From positions 35,900,001 to 35,964,000 of the forward strand of contig NC_087437.1 in the NCBI RefSeq assembly GCF_036321535.1: a stretch of 64,000 nucleotides of DNA. Direction: 5' to 3'. The number at the start of each line of letters is the position of its first letter. The stretch's first letter is position 1. Positions 12,161 to 23,180 of this stretch are shown piece by piece. A model generated the notes under the pieces. It was not told the origin of the DNA and made no database searches. It saw only the letters and a program-made list of their open reading frames with translations. This DNA comes from Camelus dromedarius. Its lineage: Eukaryota. A program made the translations under genes and the position numbers.

Positions 12161-13919
12161 TTTGATAAAGGAAATAATAGACACCAAACAGGCAACTGAA
12201 AAATGTGGAAATGGTTAATAACAAGTTATTTTAAGTGTTTATACTATGTTCAAATACAATGTAGATTTTTCATGGTTAATGTTAGTATTTATGCAGTGAG
12301 TCTATGAAATAAACTGAAAAGTCAGTGAAAAGTGTTCCAGTCTACTGCACCTGACAGCCTTTATGCAGCTTATTTTTTGTATGGTTTGGCAATAAACCGA
12401 TGGAAAGCCAAAAAAGTACACTTTCCATATGAAAATTTTTACTCTTGATTGAGTTAATTGTAAAGTATTATTACTAAGGATATGTTGAGATAGTTTAGTA
12501 GCTCAGTATATTTCTCTATCTTTAATGTATTTATAGAAGAAATGGGTAGCAGTCCTTAATATCAATACTTTTGCCTATTCAATACCATCAAATAATAATA
12601 ATTCAAAAATTTGAATTAAAATTATTCAAAAAATGTTGAATACTATTAAAGCAAAAAATATCAATTGATTTAATAAAATGGAGTCTTTTTAACTGACATT
12701 TAAAAATCGCTATTACTTTAGAAGAATGGCCTTACAGAAAGTTAACAAATTGCTTTTGTTCACCATTTTCTGATTTTCAGCTAGGATGCCTTTTCCAGTG
12801 GATCTGCTTCCTGCAGAATATATTATTTCTTCTTTTCTATCAGTTCATATTCACAGTAGACAAGCAGATGGAATTTTTTTTCTAACAGAGCACTAGCGCT
12901 ATAGCGTCTTAAACAATGCTAACAACCACAGGGACATCTTAACATAGACATGAATAATAAGCAAAGTGATATTTTAACATGGGCATATTTATAAAAAGGA
13001 ATCACTGTTCAAGGTCCCCCTCCCTTACTTTGGTGATCACTGGGACTATCTCTCCATGAGTTATGGGGAAATGACAAATGTAGGCTTGAATTTTTAGTTT
13101 AGAAAGTTTTTAAGTGGCCCAGCATAATTTGTTTATTAGCAAATTGTATTTTTTTAAAAGGAAAGAAACAAAAAAGAGAAAAAAAAAAAGTCTGATATAT
13201 CCCAGCCAATAATTAAGTGGATGTGTCAGTCAAAATAAAGTACATTATAGCTTTTAATGAAATACCTTGAGTCAGCCTGTAACAGACAATTCTGTTTCTC
13301 TGCTGTTTTTCATTCACTATTTTTATTTCTTCTTCCCACATGGCCCTGACCCTCTTTCCTGTCCCAACTCCATTTGCTACAGGTTAAAAGGCTCTGATGA
13401 AAATTTTATTTTTAGTAATTTTTTCCCCTCATATTCCATGCCATGGAAAGCATAGTTGGGCCAAATTGATTTTGGTTTCTTAGAATGAAATGCTTCTTAC
13501 TACCTGGTTGCATTTAGGATTATTTTAATTATCCTGGTTTTAAAATGTTATTAGAATATTAATTTTTCCTAGAATTTGTAAAGTCTATTCAATTTTTTTC
13601 TTATATATTTACTGCTGTGTTTAGAAGAGTATCTATCACATAGGTTGTACTCAATATATATGCTGAAAGTATTAGTTGAATAAAATTAGGTATTTATGTT
13701 TGTGTTCTTAATCCATGAATATTTCCCTCCATTAAGTTCTTAAGGTTTGTTAAGATTTCTTTATAAATAAGGATAATTTATTTCTAGAGAGGAAGATAGT
13801 ACCATTCTCTGCCCTCAATGTGAATCATCTTCTTTTTAATTTTCATAAATTTGCTTATTTTCTCTGTAGTACAGTGGAGATATGAAATTTATCTTCTAAT
13901 AACAGTTTTTACTTTTTTA

Positions 13920-14390
13920 TGTCTTGTGAAAAGTTTTAAACATACATAGAATGACAGCAAATATTATAATAAATCCCCCCCACAACTAGTAGCATTCACC
14001 AGCTTTAACTATTATCATCGTGATCCATTTTCTTTTGTTTAGACTGCCAACCAATTATTTTCTCTTGAAGAATGGATTAGTTTGAGGCAAATCCATAAAC
14101 TTCATCTTATCTGTAAATATTTCACGTGCATTTCTAAAATATAGAAACTTTTTTGAACATAGTCCCAACAACATTGGCACACTTATAATATTAACAGTAA
14201 TTCCTCAGTATCATTAAATATCCAGCCATTTATCATTTTTCCTCTGATTGTCTAAGAAGTTTTTTCTTTGTCTGGGAAGTTGTTTTGGTTTTGTTTTTGT
14301 TTTTTTTTTGTTTTTTTTTTCTGGCTTCAGTTTGTTTCCATCAGAATCTAAATACCATAATCTAAGAATTACAGTTGGATTTTTTATGGA
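13920..14390 (-). mobile_element. L1MC-like 3' end
   Basis: 'gaaaagttttaaacatacatag...caccagctttaac...ctgtaaatatttca...ttaacagtaattcctcagtatcattaaatatccag'. Confidence 0.7.
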
Positions 14391-14449
14391 GATTCAAACG
14401 CTTTTGTTGAACAAATATTTTGTTAAATATATCATTCAGTAATTAGCCT

Positions 14450-15550
14450 TTAGACACTCCAATTTTATGAAAGTTTGATCCTCTTTTTTTGTAAATTTGC
14501 AATTTCCTCCTAAATTATTTTATTTTTTCATTTATGTTTTATTTAATTTTTTCTCCTCATCACATTCTTTATTGCTTAAGGAAACATAATATATTGTGTT
14601 TATTTTCATTTATGTTTCTTTTTAATTTAACTTTCATTTCTGAAATAATTTTTTCTTTTATTTCTAATTGTTTCCTGAGTCCCATTATGACATTTCTGAG
14701 TTTTCTAATTCTAGGTTTTTTTTTTTCTCTATTATCTTATATTATTTTCTTAGTGTCTTTTGGCTTATTTTTAAATAGATAGCTTATATTTTTTTACAAT
14801 GTTTTGAGCATGTTTCTGGCAAACTTTTATTATTTTTAGGGATATATTTTGCTCCATATTCTAACAACAACTTTTTAATAGATTTGACCCAATCTTGTCA
14901 GTTGTCCAGTTTTACAAGCAGCTGATTAGCCACACTTTTAGAGGAGGCATGATATTGGATAGTTTTTCTAACTTCACAGCACTTTTTCTTGTATTGTTTC
15001 CATGCAATTTTTAAAAGTGTAGTTTACTTTTTGAGAAGTCCTGCCTGTGTCCTCCCACCACCCCTTTGATCTGTACTTTCTTAGCTTCGCTTCTGTATTG
15101 TATTATTGCTGCTCAGTTTTGATTCAGTTCCCAGCAGGTGATCTCCATTGTGGGGTTTTGTCATGACGTTTACTGGTGACATTTTAGAATTGTAATATCA
15201 GACTGCTTTGGGCCCTTCCTGTGGAATTCTACTGGAAAGCGTGAATCTCTTTCCATTCTCACATTGGTGATCCAGGCAGAGGTACAGTGAGTACCTCTGG
15301 GCTCTTCTGGGACTCTCAGATTCAGTCAGGTGTTCCATTGCTTTCTCTTGCATAACTGTGAGCACAACACAGTTTCTTCTGGCTTCAGTGTTTGTCATCA
15401 TCTGAGTGTATTTTGAAGCTAAGGGGAACCTACATCTGTTTTGATAAATGCTGTGTGTAGAGTTTTGTTTCGCTGTCCTCGTTCCTCCACCTGTGTTTTA
15501 AGTGGACAGGTACAGGTGACAGGAAAAAAATGCTGCTGCTATCTTCTCAG
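14450..15550 (-). mobile_element. HAL1/L1M 5'-ORF1 region, decayed
   Basis: Very T-rich antisense ORF1-like text ('tttctgagttttctaattct') followed by a GC-richer 5' UTR-like tract. Family assignment uncertain. Confidence 0.45.
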
Positions 15551-15659
15551 AATCCTCCCCCATCGGATTTAACATATAACATGTACTCAGATGTCTATAG
15601 TACATTTTTGTGATTTAAGAGAAGAAAGGAATGAGCTGAGGTTTACTATTATATACAAT

Positions 15660-16800
15660 TTTTAAAGTATTATGAAATGTAATACATACAAAGATGTAAA
15701 AAATAATAGTTAATATTCTTCTCATCTGAAAAAATGAATATTGCAACCAAATCATATTATTCTTACTTGTCTTTCGAAAAATAACTGCTATCTTGGCTTT
15801 TTTCTCATTCCCAAGCAGTTTTGTCCTTGTAGTTCTATATAAATGATATGGTATTGTTTAAATTTATCTACAAATTGATTTTTAACTTGCTCTTAATTTA
15901 TATCTAATTTTTATTGCTATAGAATTCCATTTTTTCAAAATACTACAAAATATTTTTCTATTTTCTTGTTGATGTACATAGCTATTTTCTAATTGTTTTA
16001 CCAAAAGTTTTGACTTTTCACTTTTTTATGTTTATCATTCAGAAGACTTGAATTTTAATGTGATCAATTTTATGTCTTTTTCTTTAATATGTCATTTTAG
16101 AATTCAGGATTTCATGAGAAATTCTACCTACCCAGAAATCACAAAAATAATTTTCTGCATGTCTTTTAGAAGTTGTAAAGTTGACTTTTCACATTTAGTT
16201 TTCCAATCTGTCTAGAGTTGGTTGTTGCATTGCAGAGGGGATTCTTTTTTTTTTCTTTTTTATTAACAAGCAATCGTTAAACACCATTTAAATGTCTACC
16301 ACTAATCTGTAATACCATATCTTTCACAATCCAAGTGTTATATATATTTGCATCTGTTTCTGCACTAGTAAATTAGGTCCATTCATCTATTTGTTTGTGT
16401 GCTAGTGTTACAGTGTCATAATTAAAATAGCTTAATAGTATCTAAGTGTATAGTAGTTCAAGATGTAAAAACATTTCCTTCACAATTGACTTGGCTGTTA
16501 TTGACCCTTTGTTAGGTCCTATAAATCTTGGAATTAGCTTGTTAAAGTACATATCCATATTCAGAAATCTTTTGTTATTTGGATTGGAATTTCATTAGGT
16601 TAATAATTATAATGTCCTAAAAACTCCTCTCCATATTAAATTATTGATTTTTCTATATATTAACAAGGCATATTCTGAATATATTAAAGTTTGTTCCATA
16701 TTAAGACTTCTCCAACTTTGTTTTATTAATGTCTGATTATTTTTAGGATATGCAAACTTCCACTAAATTATTTAGCAATTTAAGCTCAGTATCTGTCCAT
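15660..16800 (-). mobile_element. Old L1ME fragments
   Basis: 'ttttcacatttagttttccaatctgtctagagttgg', 'tattgaccctttg' and 'ttggattggaatttcatt' are antisense L1 ORF2/3' phrases. Confidence 0.65.
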
Positions 16801-16814
16801 TTCTTTATGGACCC

Positions 16815-17275
16815 TGTTGTGGGTTAAATCATGTCTCTTAAAAAAGTATATCAAAGTTGTAACTTTCAGTACCTGTGAATGTGACCTTTTTTTGGAAATT
16901 GGGTCTTTGAAGACATAATCAAGTTAAGATAAGGTCATACAGGTTATGGATGAACCCTAAATCCAATGATCCAATGACTGGTGTCTTTATAAGAGAAAAA
17001 GAGTGAGAAAGAGAAGGACACATAGCGAAAGGAGGTAGCACTGTGAAGGAAGTGGCAAAAAACAAGCCAGGAAGTGCCTAGGATTGTTGGCATCCACCAG
17101 AAAGCTGTAAAAGGCAAGACAGGATTCTTTCCTGGAGACTTGAGAGGGACCATGACCCAGCTAACACTCTGACTTCAGACTTTGAGCCTCCAGAGTCATG
17201 AAAGAATAAATGTCTATTGTTTAAAGACCTACTTTGTGAAGTACCTTGCTATAGCAGCCCTAGGAAACTAATACA
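16815..17275 (+). mobile_element. MaLR solo LTR (MLT1B/MLT1C-like)
   Basis: TG...CA ends; 'tacctgtgaatgtgacc', 'aagttaagataaggtcatac', 'gaataaatgtctattgtttaaag' and 'atagcagccctaggaaactaataca'; decayed 5-bp flanks gaccc/gagtc. Confidence 0.9.
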
Positions 17276-17449
17276 GAGTCTGTGTTTTTGAGTGTAGCCT
17301 AGGACTTAGTATTATAAAAATGCTATAGTTAATAACAAAATTAGTTTCAATTTGATATTATTATTATATGTGATCAAGGGAGTACATATTATATATGACA
17401 AAACGTGAAAGAGCACTGATGATATTTTTATGTGCTCCAAAATTTGCTA

Positions 17450-17645
17450 AGATCTATCCTAAGTACTCCACTGGGATTACTTGATTTATTAGTCACAGCA
17501 ACTTTATGAGGCATTAAGTCTTATAATCTCCCTTTTTATAGGTGAAGTGATCATGAGAGAGGGATTTTGTTTTCTCCCTTGACACTGGTAGAATAGCCAA
17601 GCCAAGATAAAATTTCAATTCTGATTAACATTAAAGTGAGAATTT
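17450..17645 (-). mobile_element. MIR SINE, decayed
   Basis: 'cacagcaactttatgaggcatt...ctccctttttataggtgaag' is the antisense MIR core. Confidence 0.6.
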
Positions 17646-17877
17646 TTAAACACCTCAAAATAACTGCCTTTCTTTAGCAAGAAGTCAAAGATCATTAGAA
17701 AGTAAAGGGGCATTATTGTTAATCATGCTTAAAGGATTAAATGTTTTATTCAAATAAATATTTTCCTAGAACTCCAGTATTTGAAAGAGGGCAGAAGTTT
17801 CTGGAGCTCTGTTTGCTTGTCCTAATTCCCAAGGAAATTCAGTTATTTGCAAAACATAGAATTAAAACAGATACCTT

Positions 17878-17966
17878 TATGGAGGATAATCTGTAGAAAT
17901 ACTGTATCACTATGCTATACACCTAAAACTAACACAATATTGTAAATCAACTCTACTTCAATTAAC
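17878..17966 (+). mobile_element. Extremely 5'-truncated artiodactyl-type L1 with TSD
   Basis: 'atcactatgctatacacctaaaactaacacaatattgtaaatcaactctacttcaat' flanked by aaaacagatacctt (17864-17877) and aaaacagacatctt (17967-17980). Confidence 0.8.
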
Positions 17967-17980
17967 AAAACAGACATCTT

Positions 17981-18112
17981 CATTTTACTATTAAGGAAAA
18001 TGAGACTTACGGACACAAAGTGAGTTGTCCACAATCATTGTATCAGATCCTGACAGAACTTGGATCAGTAGAAGTCCTGCTGAGAAGACCAGCCAATGCT
18101 TTTTACAGCATA
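17981..18112 (-). mobile_element. MIR SINE fragment
   Basis: 'cattttactattaaggaaaatgagactt...aagtgagttgtccacaatca'. Confidence 0.6.
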
Positions 18113-19439
18113 ATTGATACAAACTATCTGGGCTTCATGTTTTTCTTCTCACAGATAAAACAGGAAGCCCAGGTATTTACTAAGCAAACTGTGCAAACTA
18201 TCCCACAGCTGCAGGCAGTACCATGGACAGCTGTAAGCACATGTGCATTCTGTGAAATAATACAGTTGTTCTGCATTATAAATATTGCCAAGCCATTAAA
18301 TGCCATTTTAAATAAAGATGGATTACAAAGGTACTCGTTGACAGTGATAGAAAATTCATGTCTTAGCTATGTATAAAACACATAGTCTTCCATGTATTCT
18401 TTATTAGACTTGGTAAAATGCAGATTTCTTGAGCCTGATGAGGAACTAACAAATTGGAATGAACTGCTGAAAATTTTCTTTTACTTTTTTTACCTCTCAT
18501 CTAATTACTGGAGAAATGCATTGATCTTAGGTGAGCACAAACAAATATTTCAATTTTTTAAAAAATCAAAACTCCTAAATACATAGAGCATTGCAGTCTG
18601 GGTTGTGTAATAATCTGGCTTCCCTAAAGCACATCAAGGCCTTCCAACATCAACTGGTTATAAATTTTGTGAACCTAACACATGATGGAAGTGTGATAGC
18701 TAGAATGAGCTGCCCCAACCAACATACATACATGTCTGTAAACACCTGGACATATGTTTGGGATGATAAATGGGCAGGGAAGGGTTAAAACTAGACCTTG
18801 AAGATTTTGTAAGAAAACAAAATAATCAGGGTTGATTGAAATATATGTCCAAACATAGATTACATTTAATGCCAGATCAAATAATCAATTTGTAACAAGT
18901 AACCAGTAGTGTCTAATTCACTGATATATACAAGAAGCATTTGCACACTTGTCTATACCTCCCTGAATTCCTCTACATGGAGGATTGAAATAACCCTTGT
19001 GACATAACAGGAGAGGGAGGCTATCATACTTTTGTGCACTCATAGCTTGAGCCTCAGGCTGTGAATGAGCCTGAAGCAACTTGATGTCATCTTATGGAAA
19101 TCAGTGCTATTATAATCCCTAGAGTTATTTTTACCGTTTTTGCAAATTTCACTCCTATTACTGTCTTACATCTTCTTGGATCATAATTAGACAGTAAGTA
19201 TACTGAAAGCAGTTTGCTTCTTTTCTTTAACTTCTTAGTTCAGAGCTCCCAAGTTCAGATGAATGTTTGAAAAGTCCTGCTTTGAGTAGGCGTGGCCCCA
19301 CCTTGATTCTGAACCTACAGCCCTGCCTGGTCTGATAGGATATTAGAAGTTTCTTCTATATAGGCTAAGGGTTTTGACAGAAACTTTGCCTCAGTGCCCT
19401 ATATAAATTTATGTGCATTTAAATATGGCTGAGGTACAG

Positions 19440-20540
19440 CAATAAAAGTGTTAGAAGAAAACTTACAAGGAGAACATCTAAGAAGATGTATTAAACTGGA
19501 TCAAAAGCCACTAACCATAAATGAAAAAAAATATTGGACTATGACAGCATTTACCACTTTTGTAAACAAAAGATACCATTAATGGTATGTAACAATAACA
19601 CACAGAGAAGGAGAATATATATATATATATATACACATGCATATATATATAGATGAAAAATGGGCTCATCCAGAATATATTAGGAAGTCCTAATAAATAA
19701 GATAAAAAAGAGTAATAATCCAATAACAAAAATGGGGAGAAAATTTGAAGACACAATAATGAAAATATCCAAATAGCTCATAAAGATATGAAAAGTTGTC
19801 TGACTTCATAAATCATTAAGAAATGTAAATGAAAACCTCCAATGTGATACCACCAGAAAGGCTAAAATGAAGCAGATAGGAAAGGTCAAGTGTGATGAAG
19901 ATGTATAGCCAACATAATTTTCCTACATTCCTGGGGGTATAAATTATTACAATAACTTGGGAAAACTGTTAACCAGCATTTATTAAAGCTTAATTGCCTA
20001 CTTAATGATGTAGCAATTCTGTACCTAGGTGCATACCCAGAAGAAATAGGTATACAGGCTTAATGAAAGACACAAGATAGAATGTTTATAGCAGCACTAT
20101 TCATAATTGCCTCAAACTAGAAATTATCTAAGTGTCCAGTGAAAGAGTAGTAAATTGCAGTATACTGACACAGTGGATGAGCAATGAGAATCCATGACCC
20201 ACAACTATACACAAAAATATGGATGAATCTTGCAAAATACTTTTGAGTCAGATAAGCCAGAGGCAAAGCATACATACTGTATAATTTAATTTGTAAAAGT
20301 AAAAAAAAAAAAAATAGACAAACCAATTTATGTTTTTAGTGTTCAGGATAATGGAAAGTTTGGGAGATGGTAATGGCTGGAAGGGATCATTAAACAGGCA
20401 TCTAAAGCACTGATAATATTCTGTTTCTTATTTTGGGTCCTGATTACATAGGTGTAGTTTAATTTGTGAAAAGCTATCAAGCTGACACTTATGATGTTTG
20501 TACTTTGATCTTATATTGAATGACATGTTAAAAATAAATA
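19440..20540 (+). mobile_element. L1ME-like ORF2 end and 3' UTR
   Basis: 'ataaaagtgttagaagaaaac', 'aaatatccaaatagctcataaagatatgaaaag', 'agcaattctgtacctaggt' and 'gaatgtttatagcagcactattcataattgcc'. Confidence 0.85.
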
Positions 20541-22872
20541 CTTTTCAAGTGTGGGATACTTATAAGCATCCTGCTTTTTCTGCTAACCCCATCTCTTATT
20601 TTCTGGTCTAACTTCTGGTCTGTCCTGGGATTCTGCTTCTGTTTTGTCCTCTGCACAGGGGGTTTGTTCCAGACAGTCAAGCATGTTGCCTGGAGCTCTC
20701 CCCATCTCCATGCAGTTTCTTTTTTTTACCTGGAGCAGGATCTTGCTTCTAATAAACCTGGCACATCACTCTGATGGCTTTTCCTACCACCACTGACATA
20801 AAGCCCCTCCAGTCTTGACAGTTTCTGCTGGTCCTTTGTGGATACATGGACACTGAGGCCTGGACTGGGCATGGGTTTTCTATGCCATCTCAAAATTTTG
20901 ATTTAAGCTACAAATTTCCCCCAGAAGGAGACTTTTGGGAGAAAAAAATAAGGATGAGTTCATTCTAGTCCTATTTAGAATGTTCATTCTAGAACATTCC
21001 TCTTCACCGCACTCCACACATCCTCAGATACATTTTACATCTTAAAAAGAGAGCCCTACTTACCTAGCTACATATTTGTCTGAACAGTTGTATAGTTAAG
21101 TTAGGTTTGGAATTGAAATTACAAGGCAGGAATAACTGCTTCTTGTATTGTTATTTAAAAGAAGTGGAAGTTTATAGTTTGTATGATGCAATAATGCTCA
21201 AAGTTTAATAGGCTTTATATAAAGCATTTTGAGGCAGTATCAAATAAGAATAGGAGTTCCTTTTCTTCGATAGTATGAAAAGTTAATCTGTATAAGGAGA
21301 AAGTTTCAAAATCATTGGTGAATTGCTCTGATAAGTTATTTTTCACAGCTCACCATATTTCTCATTTTATACTTAATAGGTGGAAGTTGATAGTTATGAT
21401 CAGAGAATTACTTTATTTTTTCTGGCCACTTATTTCAAACATGCTTTATCAGATGCTAATTTTCCACCCTAAGGGATCTTGCATAGAGCCCATAACATTC
21501 TGATTACTTCTAGATATTAAAAACAATTAAAAACACAAAACAAAACAAGAAAATACTGTTTTCAGGAATTCAAATTTAGGACAAGTCTGAATCAAAGCCT
21601 TATTCTCACATTTATTTTCAATCTTCTCCTTGAATGCTCAGCTCAAGTCTGATGTGCTTTTGCAGGGCAGTGGGGAAGAATTCTGCTGTCTGTTTTGAGC
21701 CCCCATATTCCGTTTAACTCCTCTTCTCAGCCCCCCTCCCCCAGCTTCTGGCTCATGTTCAGTTGGACTGGTAGCCAGCATGTGAAGAATAAGGGCAAAT
21801 GTTTCTATACTTAGCTGACGCCTGTGGTTCAGTATTGGTTGGTGAGGTCTTTTGTTCAAAGCAGGTGTTCTAATGCCTGCTCTTTTGTGCAGGATTAATA
21901 GTGCAGTTTTTCAAAACTTTAAAGCCTTCCTGAGTTTCAGTGTCTTCTGTTATGGTGATACATTCTCTGGCTGACTTCATGTTAGTCGACCCACAGCTTT
22001 AATCTGTAGTGGAACCCCATTCCGATTATTTCCCCTGGGACCACTTTCACCTCAGTAGGTGTTTCTGTTGGTCAGTATCCTTTTAAAACATGTCAGTTTA
22101 GCTACCGTTGTGATATCTTCTTGGCCTTAAGGACCTGAACTACTCTTGTCCACCAGCGACAGGAGTGTTGCTTGTGCTATCGTTGACTTCTCTTTTTGTA
22201 GGCTGTTTAAGGAAGCCTTCTGTCTTCAGATGATTTTGGACAAAAGTCATTACAGATAGCTATGCCCCACCTCCAACTTGTATATAAAGGTTCTACCAAG
22301 AGTGCTCTTGACTTTGGCCCTGGTGGCTGCCCTGGACAAGCTGAAGGTTTAAGCAGCTCAGTCAGCATAGCATCCTTTTGGTTACAAAGCTATGCATTCC
22401 CCTTCTCACAAGCATCCACAGCCTCTGAGAGTGTGCTCCTGGTGCCTCCTTCACTTGCCTTGAGGTGGGGTAGGGGAGGGGCATCCCCCACCTCTCCACT
22501 GTGGGGGTGAAGAGGGAATGCTGCAGTATTCTCTACACGTAGCAGTTCCTTTATAACAGCTCCCCACGCCCCAGGCAATAAATCTTCACATGCTTGATGG
22601 ACCTTGAAGACTAGTATTGGTTATAGTTGGCCTTATTCTTAGTTAGTCCTACGTTTATGTGTCTAGCTTTGCTATTTAGAATTGTGTGCATTTGTACCTC
22701 ATTCACTTCAGCTTGGAAGCTTCAATGAAACCCTAAAGTCCCACTTGACATGTTTTTACATATCTAATATTCTAATACATACTTAGAACATATGTTCCCT
22801 TAAGTCTATAAACTATGTCTGATTGGCATAGTTAGATAAGATACATACATATACATAAATGGAATATATAAG

Positions 22873-23180
22873 CAGTCCAAGAGGAATATAATGCAATCCA
22901 CAGATAATTTTAAATTTTCTAGTACAACTATTAAAACATTAAAAAGAAACAAATAAATTTAACTTAATAATATATGATGTATAACTCTACATAGTCAATG
23001 TAATTATTTCAACATGTGATCAGTATAAAATCTTAATGGGATATTTTACATACATTTAAAAATTCCAAGTCTTTAAAGTCTGGTGGATATTTCACACTTA
23101 CAGCACCTCTCATTTGTAACTATATTTCAAGTGTGCAATGGCCACATGCTCTAGTGGCTACCATATTGAACTGTGCAGCC
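22873..23180. mobile_element. MER33-like hAT-Charlie MITE
   Basis: 'taattttaaattttctagt...attatttcaacatgtgatcagtataaaa...cacttacagcacctctc...ggccacatgctctagtggctaccatattg'. Confidence 0.85.
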
